From Candidatus Uhrbacteria bacterium RIFOXYB12_FULL_58_10 (GTDB lineage: Bacteria; Patescibacteriota; Patescibacteriia; UBA9934; GWF2-40-263), in NCBI GenBank assembly GCA_943354165.1, contig CALRBH010000001.1, forward strand, positions 16,828 to 80,827: a stretch of DNA of 64,000 nt, in the 5' to 3' direction. Position 1 is the first letter of the stretch; every line of letters begins with the position of its first letter. The position numbers were made by a program, and so were the translations under genes. The notes under the pieces are model-generated. The model ran no database searches, was not told the origin of the DNA, and saw nothing but the letters and a program-made list of their open reading frames with translations. Below, piece after piece: positions 10,217 to 20,642 of this stretch.

Positions 10217-11512
10217 ATGATCAGCACGTTCGTTAAGGATATTGGGGCTAACGTTGGCCAAGAAATTGAACTCAAAGGTTGGGCCTATAACTTCCGTTCA
10301 AGCGGGAAGATTTTTTTTCTCCAATTCCGCGATGGGACCGGGGTAACGCAGATTGTGTACTCCAAGGCCGCCCTCACTGAAGAGCAGTGGAACGCTCTGC
10401 AATCTTTGCGCATCGAATCGTCCGTGATCGTAACGGGGAAGGCGAAGCCTGATCGCGCAGGGACGGGTTTCGAACTCGATGGTACTGGCGTCACGATCGT
10501 GAGTCTTGCGGCGGAAGATTATCCAATCGGCAAAAAGGAACACGGTCCAGATTTCCTTCACGACATGCGTCACCTCTGGCTCCGGTCACCAACACAGTGG
10601 GCGATCCAGCGCGTGCGCGATACGGTGATCCATGCGACGTACGATTATTTCCGCGAAAAGGGTTTTACGAAAATCGATTCTCCGATTCTGACGCCGAACG
10701 CCTGTGAAGGGACGACGGAACTTTTTGAGATGGATTACTTCGACATGGGGAAGGCATACCTTTCGCAGTCGGGCCAACTTTACCTCGAAGCGGCTGTCAT
10801 GAGTTTCGGTAACGTGTTTGACTTCGGGCCGGTGTTTCGTGCCGAGAAGTCCAAGACACGCCGTCACCTTACGGAGTTCTGGATGATGGATGCGGAAATG
10901 GCGTTTTGCGATCACGAGGGGAACTTGAAAGTTCAAGAAGAACTCATCTGCCGCATTGTTGCGGACGTTTTGAAACACAATCGTTCCGATCTTGCGATTC
11001 TTGAACGCGATGTGACGAAGCTTGAAAAGATCCAAGCGCCATTCGTCCGCATGACGCACGCGGAAGCTGTGGCGAAACTGAAAGAGCTCGGAAGCGACAT
11101 TGGGCCAATGGATGACTTGGGTGCGGATGATGAGACGAAGCTTACCGAACTTTACGAGCGGCCGATTTTCGTCGAGAAATATCCAACCGTCGTGAAAGCG
11201 TTTTACATGAAGCGCGATCCGAATGATCCGACGCATGTGATGAACGCTGATATGCTCGCGCCGGAAGGGTACGGCGAAATCATCGGTGGCTCGCAGCGCG
11301 AAGACGATTACGAAACGCTTCTGCAGCGCATCAAGGAACACAATCTCCCTGTCGAGCAATTCAATTGGTACCTCGACCTGCGCAAGTACGGCAGCGTCCC
11401 ACACAGCGGCTTCGGCTACGGCCTTGAGCGCATCGTCCGCTGGATGTGCGGCATCCACCACATTCGCGAGACGATTCCGTTCCCACGCCTCATTAACCGC
11501 CTGACGCCGTAA
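10217..11512 (+). CDS. asnS: Asparagine--tRNA ligase
   Basis: YLSQSGQLYLE, FRAEKSKTRRHLTEFW, EIIGGSQRE, WYLDLRKYG.VPHSGFG. Confidence 0.96.
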   Translation: MISTFVKDIGANVGQEIELKGWAYNFRSSGKIFFLQFRDGTGVTQIVYSKAALTEEQWNALQSLRIESSVIVTGKAKPDRAGTGFELDGTGVTIVSLAAEDYPIGKKEHGPDFLHDMRHLWLRSPTQWAIQRVRDTVIHATYDYFREKGFTKIDSPILTPNACEGTTELFEMDYFDMGKAYLSQSGQLYLEAAVMSFGNVFDFGPVFRAEKSKTRRHLTEFWMMDAEMAFCDHEGNLKVQEELICRIVADVLKHNRSDLAILERDVTKLEKIQAPFVRMTHAEAVAKLKELGSDIGPMDDLGADDETKLTELYERPIFVEKYPTVVKAFYMKRDPNDPTHVMNADMLAPEGYGEIIGGSQREDDYETLLQRIKEHNLPVEQFNWYLDLRKYGSVPHSGFGYGLERIVRWMCGIHHIRETIPFPRLINRLTP

Positions 11513-11513
11513 T

Positions 11514-12911
11514 ATGCAAAGGACCTGGACTGTCGAAACTCCAAATAAGATTGGCGAGACCGTGAAAGTAAACGGCTGGGCGCACAATGTACGCGTCATG
11601 GGCGACAAGCTCGTGTTCGTCGACCTCCGCGACGGATCTGGCCTCTTGCAGGTCGTGTTCTACAAGCCTGACCTCTCTCCGGAAATGGCGGAGATCGTTT
11701 CGGGCGTGAAGCCGGAATTCGTTCTTGAGATCGAAGGGGAAGTGAAGGCTCGTGGGGCGAAGCAACTGAATCCTGATCTTCCAACCGGGACGGTTGAACT
11801 TGGAGCGAAGTCGATCAAGATTTTGAACACCTGCGAGACACCTCCGTTTGAAATCAACAAGGATACGAAAGACATCAATGAAGAGTTGCGTCTCAAGTAT
11901 CGCTATCTCGATTTGCGATCGGAGCGCATGCATCGCAACATTTGGCGCCGCAGTTCGATCGTTCGATTCATTCGTGAGCATCTTTACAGCCATCACTTTA
12001 CGGAAATTGAAACACCCGTGCTCACTAAGGGTACGCCAGAAGGCGCGCGTGAATTCCTTGTGCCTAGTCGTTTGCACAAAGGGAAGTTTTACGTGCTTCC
12101 GCAATCGCCGCAGCAGTTCAAACAGTTGCTCATGGTCGGCGGCATGGAGCGCTACTTCCAGGTGGCCAAGTGTTTCCGAGATGAAGACCAGCGCGGTGAC
12201 CGCCAGCCGGAGTTTACGCAGATCGACCTTGAAATGAGTTTCGTTGAGCGTGAAGATGTTATGGGGTTGATCGAAGGCATGCTGATCGAACTTGTGAAGA
12301 CGCACTCACCGGAGAAGCGTATTCAAGCCGTGCCATTCCCGCGCATGAGTTACACAGATGCGATGAAGAACTACGGGAACGATCGCCCTGACATTCGTGA
12401 AGACAAGAACGATCCGAATCTTCTCGCGTTTTGCTGGGTCGTCGACTTTCCGTTCTTCGAAAAGACGGAGGACGGTGGCTGGACATTCACACACAACCCA
12501 TTCTCGCGCGCCGTTCCGGAACATCACGAAGCACTGATGGACAAGAAAGACATCGGAAGCATTCTCACCTCGCAGTACGACATCGTCCTCAATGGATTTG
12601 AAATCGGCGGAGGATCGATCCGCAACCATGAACCAATGGCGCTTCAACGCGTGTTCGAGATCATGGGATTCTCGCTTGAGTCGATCAAGGCGCAGTTCGG
12701 TCACATGCTCGAAGCCTTCACATTCGGTGCACCACCGCACGGCGGCATCGCGCTCGGGTTCGACCGTCTTATCGCCATCCTTTGTAACGAACCGAATATC
12801 CGCGAGGTCATGGCGTTCCCAAAGACTGGCGACGCACGCGATCCAATGATGGATGCGCCAAGCGATATGCCGGAGAAGGCGCTCATGGATGTGCACATCA
12901 AGAAAGCGTAG
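11514..12911 (+). CDS. aspS: Aspartate--tRNA ligase, short form lacking the GAD insertion domain
   Basis: RLKYRYLDLR, TPEGAREFLVP, LPQSPQQFKQLLM, FRDEDQRGDRQPEFTQID, GAPPHGG. Confidence 0.96.
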   Translation: MQRTWTVETPNKIGETVKVNGWAHNVRVMGDKLVFVDLRDGSGLLQVVFYKPDLSPEMAEIVSGVKPEFVLEIEGEVKARGAKQLNPDLPTGTVELGAKSIKILNTCETPPFEINKDTKDINEELRLKYRYLDLRSERMHRNIWRRSSIVRFIREHLYSHHFTEIETPVLTKGTPEGAREFLVPSRLHKGKFYVLPQSPQQFKQLLMVGGMERYFQVAKCFRDEDQRGDRQPEFTQIDLEMSFVEREDVMGLIEGMLIELVKTHSPEKRIQAVPFPRMSYTDAMKNYGNDRPDIREDKNDPNLLAFCWVVDFPFFEKTEDGGWTFTHNPFSRAVPEHHEALMDKKDIGSILTSQYDIVLNGFEIGGGSIRNHEPMALQRVFEIMGFSLESIKAQFGHMLEAFTFGAPPHGGIALGFDRLIAILCNEPNIREVMAFPKTGDARDPMMDAPSDMPEKALMDVHIKKA

Positions 12912-12920
12912 AATACGGCC

Positions 12921-13619
12921 ATGTCGTTTCAGGTAACGCAGGAAAAGTTTTCCGGACCGCTGCACCTCCTTCTTGAACTGGTCGAGAAGGAGGAGCTTCC
13001 TATCACGGAGCTTTCCTTGGCTAAGGTTACGGAAGAATACCTTGCTCATGTGAACGCCCAGGAAGTTCCGCCGGAGGAGCTCGCAGATTTTCTTGTGATT
13101 GCCACGCGGCTTTTGCTCATCAAGTCCCGCGCGATCCTTCCGGCTCTCGGGGTCGAAGAAGAGGAAGATGCGGGCAAACTCGCACTTCAGCTGCGCATGT
13201 ACCGCGAGTTTGCGGAGGCGACCAAGGGTGTCGAGGCGCTTTGGAACGGCGGACATGTCATGTTTGCTCGCGAGAAAACCAGCGTGCCGAAGGTCGTCGG
13301 GTTTTTGCCGCCGGCTGGTGTGGATACCTCGGCGATGGAAAAGGCGTTCCGAATGCTTCTCAAAAAACTCGAACCGTTTTTCGCCCTGCAGGAACATGCG
13401 CTCGAACGTGTCGTGTCCGTGCAGGAGCGCATCAAGCAGATCCGATCGGTCATCTTGGAACGCGCGCGTCTTACCTTCGGCGACATGGTGAAGGGGAGCG
13501 CGTCAAAGGTGGAAGTCGTGGTAAGCTTCCTTGCACTCTTGGAGCTCATGAAGCAGCGGGTGGTCGGCGTAGTCCAGGGTGGCGCCTTCGACGAAATTCA
13601 TATCACGCGCGTCGATTAA
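12921..13619 (+). CDS. scpA: Segregation and condensation protein A
   Basis: FSGPLHLLLELV, FLVIATRLLLIKSR, VSFLALLEL. Confidence 0.93.
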   Translation: MSFQVTQEKFSGPLHLLLELVEKEELPITELSLAKVTEEYLAHVNAQEVPPEELADFLVIATRLLLIKSRAILPALGVEEEEDAGKLALQLRMYREFAEATKGVEALWNGGHVMFAREKTSVPKVVGFLPPAGVDTSAMEKAFRMLLKKLEPFFALQEHALERVVSVQERIKQIRSVILERARLTFGDMVKGSASKVEVVVSFLALLELMKQRVVGVVQGGAFDEIHITRVD

Positions 13620-13620
13620 T

Positions 13621-14187
13621 ATGATTACGACTCAGCTTGAAGCCATTCTGTTCGCGTCCGGGAAACCCGTTACCCGGGCGGCCCTTAAGAAGTCGCTCGA
13701 CGTTTCCGACGAAATTCTTGCGGAGGGCTTGGCGGACGTAAAACTTCGTTTCAATTCCGAGTCGTCCGGGATCCACCTTGTCGAAACGGAAGCGGGCGAA
13801 CTGCAGCTTGCGAGCAATCCGTCGTGTGCGGAAGTCATCGCTTCGATGTTCAAGCAAGAGGCGGCTGGTGAGCTTACACGACCGTCGCTTGAAACACTCA
13901 CGATCATCGCGTACCGCGGGCCCATCACAAAACCGGAGATCGAACAGATCCGCGGCGTGAACTGTTCGCTCATCTTGCGTAACCTGCTTATGCGCGGACT
14001 TGTGGATGAACGCGACGACGTTTCGAAACTTCAGCCTGTCTATTCGGTCACGGCAGATTTCCTCCGCCATCTTGGAATTCACACGGCTTCGGAGATGCCT
14101 GGATTTGAGGAATTGCACGGGAACGAAAAGATCGGCAAGATGCTTGAAGAACTTGCTGCATCTACTCCAGTAGAGTCCCTGCCATAG
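13621..14187 (+). CDS. scpB: Segregation and condensation protein B
   Basis: LEAILFASG, LETLTIIAYRGPITKPEIEQIRGVN. Confidence 0.95.
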   Translation: MITTQLEAILFASGKPVTRAALKKSLDVSDEILAEGLADVKLRFNSESSGIHLVETEAGELQLASNPSCAEVIASMFKQEAAGELTRPSLETLTIIAYRGPITKPEIEQIRGVNCSLILRNLLMRGLVDERDDVSKLQPVYSVTADFLRHLGIHTASEMPGFEELHGNEKIGKMLEELAASTPVESLP

Positions 14188-14199
14188 GCAGGTAAGCGT

Positions 14200-15171
14200 A
14201 TGATCCTGAAGCTGGTCAGCCAACTTGTCCTTGCCGGCACCCTCATCCAGCTGTTCCCAGCGGATGCGGCCACTCTTGAGATTCGGGCGCGGTTTCCAGA
14301 AGCGGGAGCCCGCATGTTCGCCCCAGGATCACTGCGCGCGGCGTTTACGGACCGTGCTCCACTGCCCTCCTCCTCGGACCGCAAGCCAGTAAAGATCGTT
14401 CCGGAAAGCGTCGGAGTCGTTACAAGTGCCGTGAGTGCCCTTGTGATCGACCGTGCTTCCGGAGCCATCCTCTTTGAAAAGAATCCGGGCGAGCCTCGCT
14501 CCATCGGCAGCATTACGAAGATCATGACCGCTTACGTTTTTCTTGATGGGCAGCCTGACCTGAACGCGAAGGTGGAACTGTTGCCGGAAGACGTTCGTGC
14601 AGGCGGCATTCAGCATTTGAGCCTTGGGGAAACTTATTCGCTGCACGACGTGTTGCGTGCGTCACTTGTCGGATCCGACAATACGGCGACGGCCGCCCTC
14701 GTCCGTCTTTCAAAAATGCCACCAGGTGATTTCGTCGCGCGCATGAATGAGACCGCGGCGGACATGGGACTCGTCGCCACTCATTTCGTGGACGAGACCG
14801 GACTTTCTTCGGACAATCGGTCCGTGGTGTCCGACCTCGCGCTCCTGCTCGACAAGGCAATGCGTGTTGAGAACATCCGCGCCGCTACCGAGGAACCCAT
14901 CGCGCTCATCCGCGGAAGTTCCGGACGTGTTTACACCATCGAAAGTACAAATGAACTTCTTGGAACATTTTTAAACAAGCCACCGTACCGGATCATTGGT
15001 GGGAAGACAGGATATCTTCCGGAGGCCGGTTACTGTTTCGGAGCGGTTGTATCGATGAACAACGCGCACGAACTCATTATCGTCGTTCTCGGCTCGGATT
15101 CGAAGACGGGACGGTTTGACGACGCGAAGGCGCTTGCCGCCTGGGCCTATAAGGTCTTCAGTTGGGAATAG
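14200..15171 (+). CDS. Serine D-Ala-D-Ala carboxy/endopeptidase (peptidase S11)
   Basis: SxxK (SITK), SxN (SDN) and KTG motifs; N-terminal signal peptide. Confidence 0.9.
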   Translation: MILKLVSQLVLAGTLIQLFPADAATLEIRARFPEAGARMFAPGSLRAAFTDRAPLPSSSDRKPVKIVPESVGVVTSAVSALVIDRASGAILFEKNPGEPRSIGSITKIMTAYVFLDGQPDLNAKVELLPEDVRAGGIQHLSLGETYSLHDVLRASLVGSDNTATAALVRLSKMPPGDFVARMNETAADMGLVATHFVDETGLSSDNRSVVSDLALLLDKAMRVENIRAATEEPIALIRGSSGRVYTIESTNELLGTFLNKPPYRIIGGKTGYLPEAGYCFGAVVSMNNAHELIIVVLGSDSKTGRFDDAKALAAWAYKVFSWE

Positions 15172-15190
15172 AGGTCACGAGTAAAATTTT

Positions 15191-16348
15191 ATGCGCATTG
15201 CCATCGACGCCACATCGATCTGTACGCCGGATGGTGCGAGGGGCGCGGGGATCGGTCATTACACCTACGAGGCGGTACGCGCGCTGCTTGAAGCGAGCAG
15301 TCGCCACACGTACCTGGTGTTTGTGCCGTCTTCGTTTAGACGAGACGATGAAGCGGTGCTATTACGGGGAGTCCGGTGGGCAAAGGTAATTCGATTGCCC
15401 GTTTTGCGTGTTCCAGGCCTGGCCCGTCATGTGTGGCTGCCGCTGCTTGCCCGTCTGCGCCGCTGTGAGCTCCTGTGGGCCCCAGCTGGGGAACTTCCGC
15501 TTGCCTGGAAGGGAAGGAGCGTTATCACTGTCCACGACGTGGCCGTGTTCACGCACCCGGAATGGTTCCGGGACGAGGATCGGGGTAACCTTTCGCGTCG
15601 ATGGATATTCCCGCGCTCCGTCGAAAAGGCGACCACCATCGTGACTGTTTCCGCGTTTACACAGAGTGAACTTGAACGTGTCTTTCCCGCAGCCATCGGA
15701 AAAACTCTCGTGATTCACGAGGGGGTGGCGTTGTCGCAGGATGTGTCAACTCCCACACCGGAACAGCGTGAACGATGGGGGTTGTCCGAAGACACGGTTT
15801 TGATTTTAGGAACCATTGAGCCACGGAAAAATCTTGAACGCGCGCTCCTTGCCTTCGACAACTATTTACAGATGCACACAGACCGGGCGGCGGTCACGCG
15901 TTGCATTCTCGCGGGAGGGAAGGGATGGAAGAGCGATGGGGTGTTCGCTGAAATCGAACGCGTGAATGCGGCGTGGCGCACCGAGGTGCCGAACGGTGTT
16001 GTAAAATGGATCGGTTACGTTTCGGAAGAAGAAAAATGGGCGGTGCTTGCCCAGGCGTCCGTGCTGCTTTATCCCTCGCTTGAGGAAGGATTCGGGCTGC
16101 CGGCTTTGGAGGCGATGGCCTGCGGGACAACCGTGATTGCCTCCGATCGTGGGTCGTTGCCAGAGGTGACGGGGGATGCGGCCATGCAGGTGAACCCGGA
16201 AGACGTGGATGTGATTTCCCTTGCGCTTTCGCAGGCGCTTCTCATGTCCGATGCGCTCAAGGAATTGCGTCAGGCGGGATTGAAGCAGGCGGCGAAGTTT
16301 ACGTGGAGGAAGACAGCGGAGGGGTTGTTGCGAGTATTTGAGGGATAG
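15191..16348 (+). CDS. Glycosyltransferase family 4
   Basis: [36 protein letters not shown]. Confidence 0.93.
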   Translation: MRIAIDATSICTPDGARGAGIGHYTYEAVRALLEASSRHTYLVFVPSSFRRDDEAVLLRGVRWAKVIRLPVLRVPGLARHVWLPLLARLRRCELLWAPAGELPLAWKGRSVITVHDVAVFTHPEWFRDEDRGNLSRRWIFPRSVEKATTIVTVSAFTQSELERVFPAAIGKTLVIHEGVALSQDVSTPTPEQRERWGLSEDTVLILGTIEPRKNLERALLAFDNYLQMHTDRAAVTRCILAGGKGWKSDGVFAEIERVNAAWRTEVPNGVVKWIGYVSEEEKWAVLAQASVLLYPSLEEGFGLPALEAMACGTTVIASDRGSLPEVTGDAAMQVNPEDVDVISLALSQALLMSDALKELRQAGLKQAAKFTWRKTAEGLLRVFEG

Positions 16349-16349
16349 G

Positions 16350-16424
16350 CTTTAGGCAGACAAGGCCACAGGCCATAGGAAACATCGATCTTCCTCCGGC
16401 CTAATGCCTAACGCCTTCGGCCTA
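16350..16424. repeat. Imperfect inverted short-tandem-repeat element (AGGC/GCCT units)
   Basis: CTTTAGGCAGACAAGGCCACAGGCCATAGG ... CCTAATGCCTAACGCCTTCGGCCTAG between convergent genes. Confidence 0.5.
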
Positions 16425-16886
16425 GAGCTTCGTTTGCAAATACGCGATCAAAACAATTTGTGCGAGCAGCGCATAATACAACGGAACATCGCCGCGGCGT
16501 TTCAAAAAGAAATCGTGGAAGAAGAAATGGACCCAATTGAACCACTTGAGGAGCGGAGTCTTCGTGATGACGTACACGCCCACCATGAGGTCAGGGAGCA
16601 CGCCGCCGATGATGCCCCAGGTGAAGGTGCGGAGGCTCTCGATGTCGCGGGTGTTGGCAAGGAAGAGGACGAAGAGAATCGAGAAGATCGCATCTACCGC
16701 CACATAGGCCACGGCGCGGCCTTGCTTCTGCTTGTGGATGCGGAAATTGTCCGAGAGGCCGGAGTCCCCGTGAGGGATCATGTCGATAAGCAGGTGGGAG
16801 GCGAATCCGCCAAAAAAGGCCCAGAAAGGGCTGCCGGTGGCCTGTCCGATCACCGCTCCTAATACCGCGTGGGTCGTGAGAGTCAT
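16422..16886 (-). CDS. Membrane protein, LexA-binding/metal-dependent hydrolase-like
   Basis: TTHA..G, SHLLIDMIPH, GVLPDL and H..H motifs; several TM segments. Confidence 0.7.
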   Translation of the reverse strand: MTLTTHAVLGAVIGQATGSPFWAFFGGFASHLLIDMIPHGDSGLSDNFRIHKQKQGRAVAYVAVDAIFSILFVLFLANTRDIESLRTFTWGIIGGVLPDLMVGVYVITKTPLLKWFNWVHFFFHDFFLKRRGDVPLYYALLAQIVLIAYLQTKL

Positions 16887-16980
16887 AGGGGCTAACGGGC
16901 AGGAGAATAGCACGGGAGGGGGCGTTTGGCGAGGGTGGACACAGGGCAGTCTCTCGGCTACGATAACGTCACCTACTAAT

Positions 16981-17066
16981 GCCGGGGTGGCGGAATGGTA
17001 TACGCGACGGACTCAAAATCCGTTATCCGAAAGGGTGTGAGGGTTCGAGTCCCTCCCTCGGCACCA
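16981..17066 (+). tRNA. tRNA-Leu(CAA)
   Basis: Cloverleaf; anticodon arm ACGGA-CT-CAA-AA-TCCGT; long variable arm; GGTTCGAGT T-loop; encoded CCA. Confidence 0.96.
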
Positions 17067-17366
17067 CTGCAGATTTCCTTGAACCTGCATTATCCTAACA
17101 ATGTCGACCATTTTCGGTCGACATTGTTGTTATTGGTTCGAGCGATTTTAGTTGACTCTGATCAACCTGTGGATAACCGTGCCGCATGCCACCACCGCCA
17201 GAGGAGCACACCAACGAAGCGCAGGAGTGGTCGCTGACGATGACGTTCCAGTGGCTCGAGCAGGCTGCGGAGTTTCTGTGGCGCATGGGCGCGCACAAAC
17301 CGAAGGAGGAGGACCAGATGTGCGCAGAAAAAAGAACCGACGCCACTTGGGCGTCGGAAACCGCGG

Positions 17367-17801
17367 CTATGCCACGGCAAGGTCTGCAAGGAACTGGCTC
17401 GGTGTCTTGACTGTGACCGGTAGCGTTGGCGCTGCCTGCTGGATGTGCACATCGCCGCTGACGATGACATCGGCATTCGCTGTCACGGCGCATTGCACGA
17501 CCCAGTCGTCGTCGGCGTCGCCCTGAATCCAAGTCGCCTGGGGCTCGACGGAAGGGACGAAGTCCATGAGGAGCTTGAGGTCTTCGAGGATTTCGTCGAG
17601 TACCTTCACGCCCGGCCCTCGTCTCGCGAGGAGTCGTTGGATGCTCGGCCGACCCATCACACCGATGAACTCTCCCCACAGATGGTCCGTGGTGCACGCG
17701 GTGAAGCGACGGAGCGCGAGCGCGTGCACGACGAGGCCGGGTGGCCCCGAAGGCTTGAGAAGGGCGCTGACGAGGACGTTCGAATCGAGCACCGCAATCA
17801 C
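17367..17801 (-). CDS. PIN-domain toxin (VapC/PIN_3-like)
   Basis: AVLDSNVLVSALL, DADDDWVVQCA, ADVIVSGD, TPSQFL. Confidence 0.9.
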   Translation of the reverse strand: MIAVLDSNVLVSALLKPSGPPGLVVHALALRRFTACTTDHLWGEFIGVMGRPSIQRLLARRGPGVKVLDEILEDLKLLMDFVPSVEPQATWIQGDADDDWVVQCAVTANADVIVSGDVHIQQAAPTLPVTVKTPSQFLADLAVA

Positions 17802-18025
17802 GCGTGACCCCGGACCTCAGCGATCGCTTCGGCGACGGTCTGCTCCACCTCCTCCTCTGAAAGCGAGGGGGCCGTGCGGGTCCACTCCTCCCAACGAGCC
17901 CGGAGTCTCTCTCGCGCCGCTTCTCGGTTGTGTGATGTTCGCAACGTATTCGCGAGCATTTCAAGGAACCTGATCTCTTCGGGGGTTAGCCCGTCAACGT
18001 TTAGTTGTTGCATCAATACCTCCAA
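17798..18025 (-). CDS. Putative antitoxin
   Basis: Small ORF overlapping the PIN start by 4 nt; acidic LSEEEVEQTVAEAIAEVR tail. Confidence 0.7.
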   Translation of the reverse strand: MEVLMQQLNVDGLTPEEIRFLEMLANTLRTSHNREAARERLRARWEEWTRTAPSLSEEEVEQTVAEAIAEVRGHA

Positions 18026-18158
18026 CTATTTCGTACTCCATAAATGGGGTTCTGTCAACGCCAAATGATGTCTGTTGATGTGCCATTTGTTGGCCATAGC
18101 AGTCATTGTCCTTCGCTCCACGTCCACTTCCGGGACAACTGCATCTTGCCTCGATGAG

Positions 18159-18452
18159 TCATGGCGTGCCCTCTGGCTCGGCGTCTGCGTCGACCAAGGG
18201 ACCAACGTCATATCGCTCGACATCGACGTCTGCGCCGCAGAATGCGATGAGGCGCATGCGATCGTCCTCGGTCGCGCTCGATCCGTCCACGCGCGTGACG
18301 AAGCCAGCGAAGTCGTCCACGCGACCGCCGCCACCGAAGCACAGGCCGCCAGCTTCGACGACGTCGATGAGCCGATCAGTGAACGCGTCGACGTTGGTCC
18401 CATCGCCGAAGCGGACACGTACCTCGAAGCCATATTGGGCCGTGGGAGCCAT
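18159..18452 (-). CDS. YggL/DUF469-like protein
   Basis: GFEV..RF, DAFTDRLIDVVEAGGLCFGGGG, GFV, TEDDR, GPLVDA resemble YggL; basic N-terminus absent. Confidence 0.65.
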   Translation of the reverse strand: MAPTAQYGFEVRVRFGDGTNVDAFTDRLIDVVEAGGLCFGGGGRVDDFAGFVTRVDGSSATEDDRMRLIAFCGADVDVERYDVGPLVDADAEPEGTP

Positions 18453-18587
18453 CGCCGAAGGATACCAAGCGGAGGCCGGGCTGTCCTCGTCGTCGAGAGA
18501 AAATTCTTGACTTTTGAGACAAGATCGGAATCGGTTTGCCAGATCCGGTCCGCGAGCAGTAGTATGGGGCATCCCGATCGGAGCCGT

Positions 18588-19466
18588 ATGCAACGCCCAT
18601 CAATCAGCCGCCGGCCAATCGCTGTTCTCGGATCTATCGCCGCGCTCGTCGTGGTCGTTGTGGTTGGCAAAGGCTGCGGGCCTGAACAGCAGGTTGCCGT
18701 TGATCCTGTCATCCCGCCGATGTCGCCGGTACAGCTGCCGCCCAAAATTTCATTGCTTGGCGTCGATCAAGCCGGCGGCCGCTACGAGATGCAAGTCGTT
18801 GGAGAGGATCACGACGGGCTGGTCCCCAAACGCCTGACCTACACGACGAGCGGAGGTGAGCGGCAGCTCATTGCCGATGGCGTCCTCCTCGCAGACTTCT
18901 CGCCGTCCTCGGCACTCGTGGCGTATTGGACGGCGGACTATCGGCTGACCATCGTGCGCGATCAGGAAGTGGTCGCGACCATTGCAGATGCTGGCTGGCC
19001 TCGGGTGTCCCCCACCGGAGGCAAGGTGGTCTTCGTCCGCTACCAGCAGGACGTAAGTTCCAGGCCGGGGTTTGCTGCCGAACATGCGATCGGCCTTCAG
19101 CTCCTCGATGTGAGGGACGGCAGCACCATCGCCCTCACCGATAGCTCGCAGGACTTCGCTCCATTTTGGCTTGATGACCGCTGGGTCGCTTTCGGTTCAG
19201 GGCGCACGGAGAATCCAGCGAACACCGTTGCCTCGCTTTGGCTGGTGTCAGTTGATCACTCCGTTCCGGTTCGTCTCACAAACAAGAATATCGAATCGGC
19301 TTCCGACCCGGCTTTCATCCCGATCCCATCTGAATACCCGGCAGTTTCTGAGAGCGTGGACGGGGTCGTGATTGACTACCCGTCCGACGACACGCACGTC
19401 CATCTCGTCGTCGATCTCACCAAGGGCAGTGTCACGGCCGTAAATGTTACTCGGGGCGCACAATGA
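18588..19466 (+). CDS. Secreted or lipoprotein TolB-like beta-propeller protein
   Basis: N-terminal hydrophobic stretch ending KGC; PD40-like repeats (PRVSPTGGKVVF, APFWLDDRWVAF); ORF-track start at 18075 is probably too far upstream. Confidence 0.7.
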   Translation: MQRPSISRRPIAVLGSIAALVVVVVVGKGCGPEQQVAVDPVIPPMSPVQLPPKISLLGVDQAGGRYEMQVVGEDHDGLVPKRLTYTTSGGERQLIADGVLLADFSPSSALVAYWTADYRLTIVRDQEVVATIADAGWPRVSPTGGKVVFVRYQQDVSSRPGFAAEHAIGLQLLDVRDGSTIALTDSSQDFAPFWLDDRWVAFGSGRTENPANTVASLWLVSVDHSVPVRLTNKNIESASDPAFIPIPSEYPAVSESVDGVVIDYPSDDTHVHLVVDLTKGSVTAVNVTRGAQ

Positions 19467-20629
19467 ACTACCGCAGCGTTCTTTTCGTCCTCATCATCGC
19501 GACCGCTTTGCAAGGTAGTGTTGCCAATGCCGCGCCGAAATTCCGCCGACCTTTCGGGCAGAGTGTGACCGTCCTCAACTTCATGGATCACGATTCGAGT
19601 GCAAGCTGCAAAACGTATGACTGCAGAACAGGTTGTGCAACCGGTGTTGGAAAGAGCTATGGCGACCATGGTGGGACAGACTTCGACTTGGCTGTTGATT
19701 CAGCGCTCTACGCCGGAGCGAACGGTGTGTTCGAGAGCCGGTATGACGGCTGTTCGAACACCGGCACATTGATCAGCACGTGTGGCGGTGGATTCGGCAA
19801 TAATGTGCGCATGAAACATCCGGACATTTATTCGATCTATGGTCACATGAAAAACGGAACGCCAATCAATGTAGCGAATGGCACAATTATCAACTGCAGC
19901 CAGGAAATCGGTCGCAGCGCGAGTTCAGGAAGGTCGAACTGGCCGCATGTCCACTTCGAGCTCCGTACGGCCCCGACAAGCGCAACGACCTCGATCGACC
20001 CGTACTCGGGAACATGCAGCCAGTCGACCAGCTACTGGGTCTCGGTCACCGGTACGGCGCCGGCGACGACTTGTGCGAGTCCGCCCGCCGAGACCTGCAA
20101 TGGAGTCGACGACAATCAAAACACCATCATCGACGATCTCGAAAGCTGTTGGACGCCGGTCTACCGTTTTTGGGACACCTCGATGGCGTCGACGGCCCGC
20201 TCGCGCTGCTATGGAACGTCGTCAAGCCCTCCGTCGCTGTGCAGCGGATACGCACTTGAGTTCTCCGGGCCGGCCTTCTATGTGTACAGGAATTCTGGCA
20301 TACCCGGGACCGTCGAGTTGATTGCTTTCGATAAGAACCAGGACCATATCCTTACGCGTGGAGACGAGTCCGGCGATATCGCTGCGCTGACACAAGCTGG
20401 ATACACCCGCCGCGGGACGCTTGGCTACATCTGGAGCAGCACAAGTACTGCTCCAACAGGCACATTCTTCAAGCCGTCGGGTGCAAACACCTCCAGTGTG
20501 CGGAACCTGCGCCGCTTCTCGAAGAACCCACCAGGGATCCATCTCTTCCCGAACAACCCGGCTGAGACTGCACCGTCGGGCTGGTCCAACGAAGGCGTGC
20601 GCGGCTTTGTGTTTTCGTCCCGCTGGTGA
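19463..20629 (+). CDS. Secreted M23 peptidoglycan endopeptidase with ETCNGxDD metal-binding motif and C-terminal domain
   Basis: Signal peptide; HGGTD (HxxxD), GGFGNNV, YGHM, PHVHFE (HxH). Confidence 0.85.
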   Translation: MNYRSVLFVLIIATALQGSVANAAPKFRRPFGQSVTVLNFMDHDSSASCKTYDCRTGCATGVGKSYGDHGGTDFDLAVDSALYAGANGVFESRYDGCSNTGTLISTCGGGFGNNVRMKHPDIYSIYGHMKNGTPINVANGTIINCSQEIGRSASSGRSNWPHVHFELRTAPTSATTSIDPYSGTCSQSTSYWVSVTGTAPATTCASPPAETCNGVDDNQNTIIDDLESCWTPVYRFWDTSMASTARSRCYGTSSSPPSLCSGYALEFSGPAFYVYRNSGIPGTVELIAFDKNQDHILTRGDESGDIAALTQAGYTRRGTLGYIWSSTSTAPTGTFFKPSGANTSSVRNLRRFSKNPPGIHLFPNNPAETAPSGWSNEGVRGFVFSSRW

Positions 20630-20642
20630 CCTGCGAAATTTG

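Noticed and set aside
5057-13397. Long antisense ORFs opposite secY, asnS and aspS
   Set aside because: Shadow frames of GC-rich, codon-biased genes with no recognisable motifs.
17095-17410. Short ORFs directly after tRNA-Leu
   Set aside because: No motifs, they overlap the PIN gene, and I found no duplicated tRNA-Leu 3' end marking an attR.
18075-18587. N-terminal 171 aa of the 463-aa ORF
   Set aside because: Antisense shadow of the yggL-like gene; the signal-like segment starts after ATG 18588.
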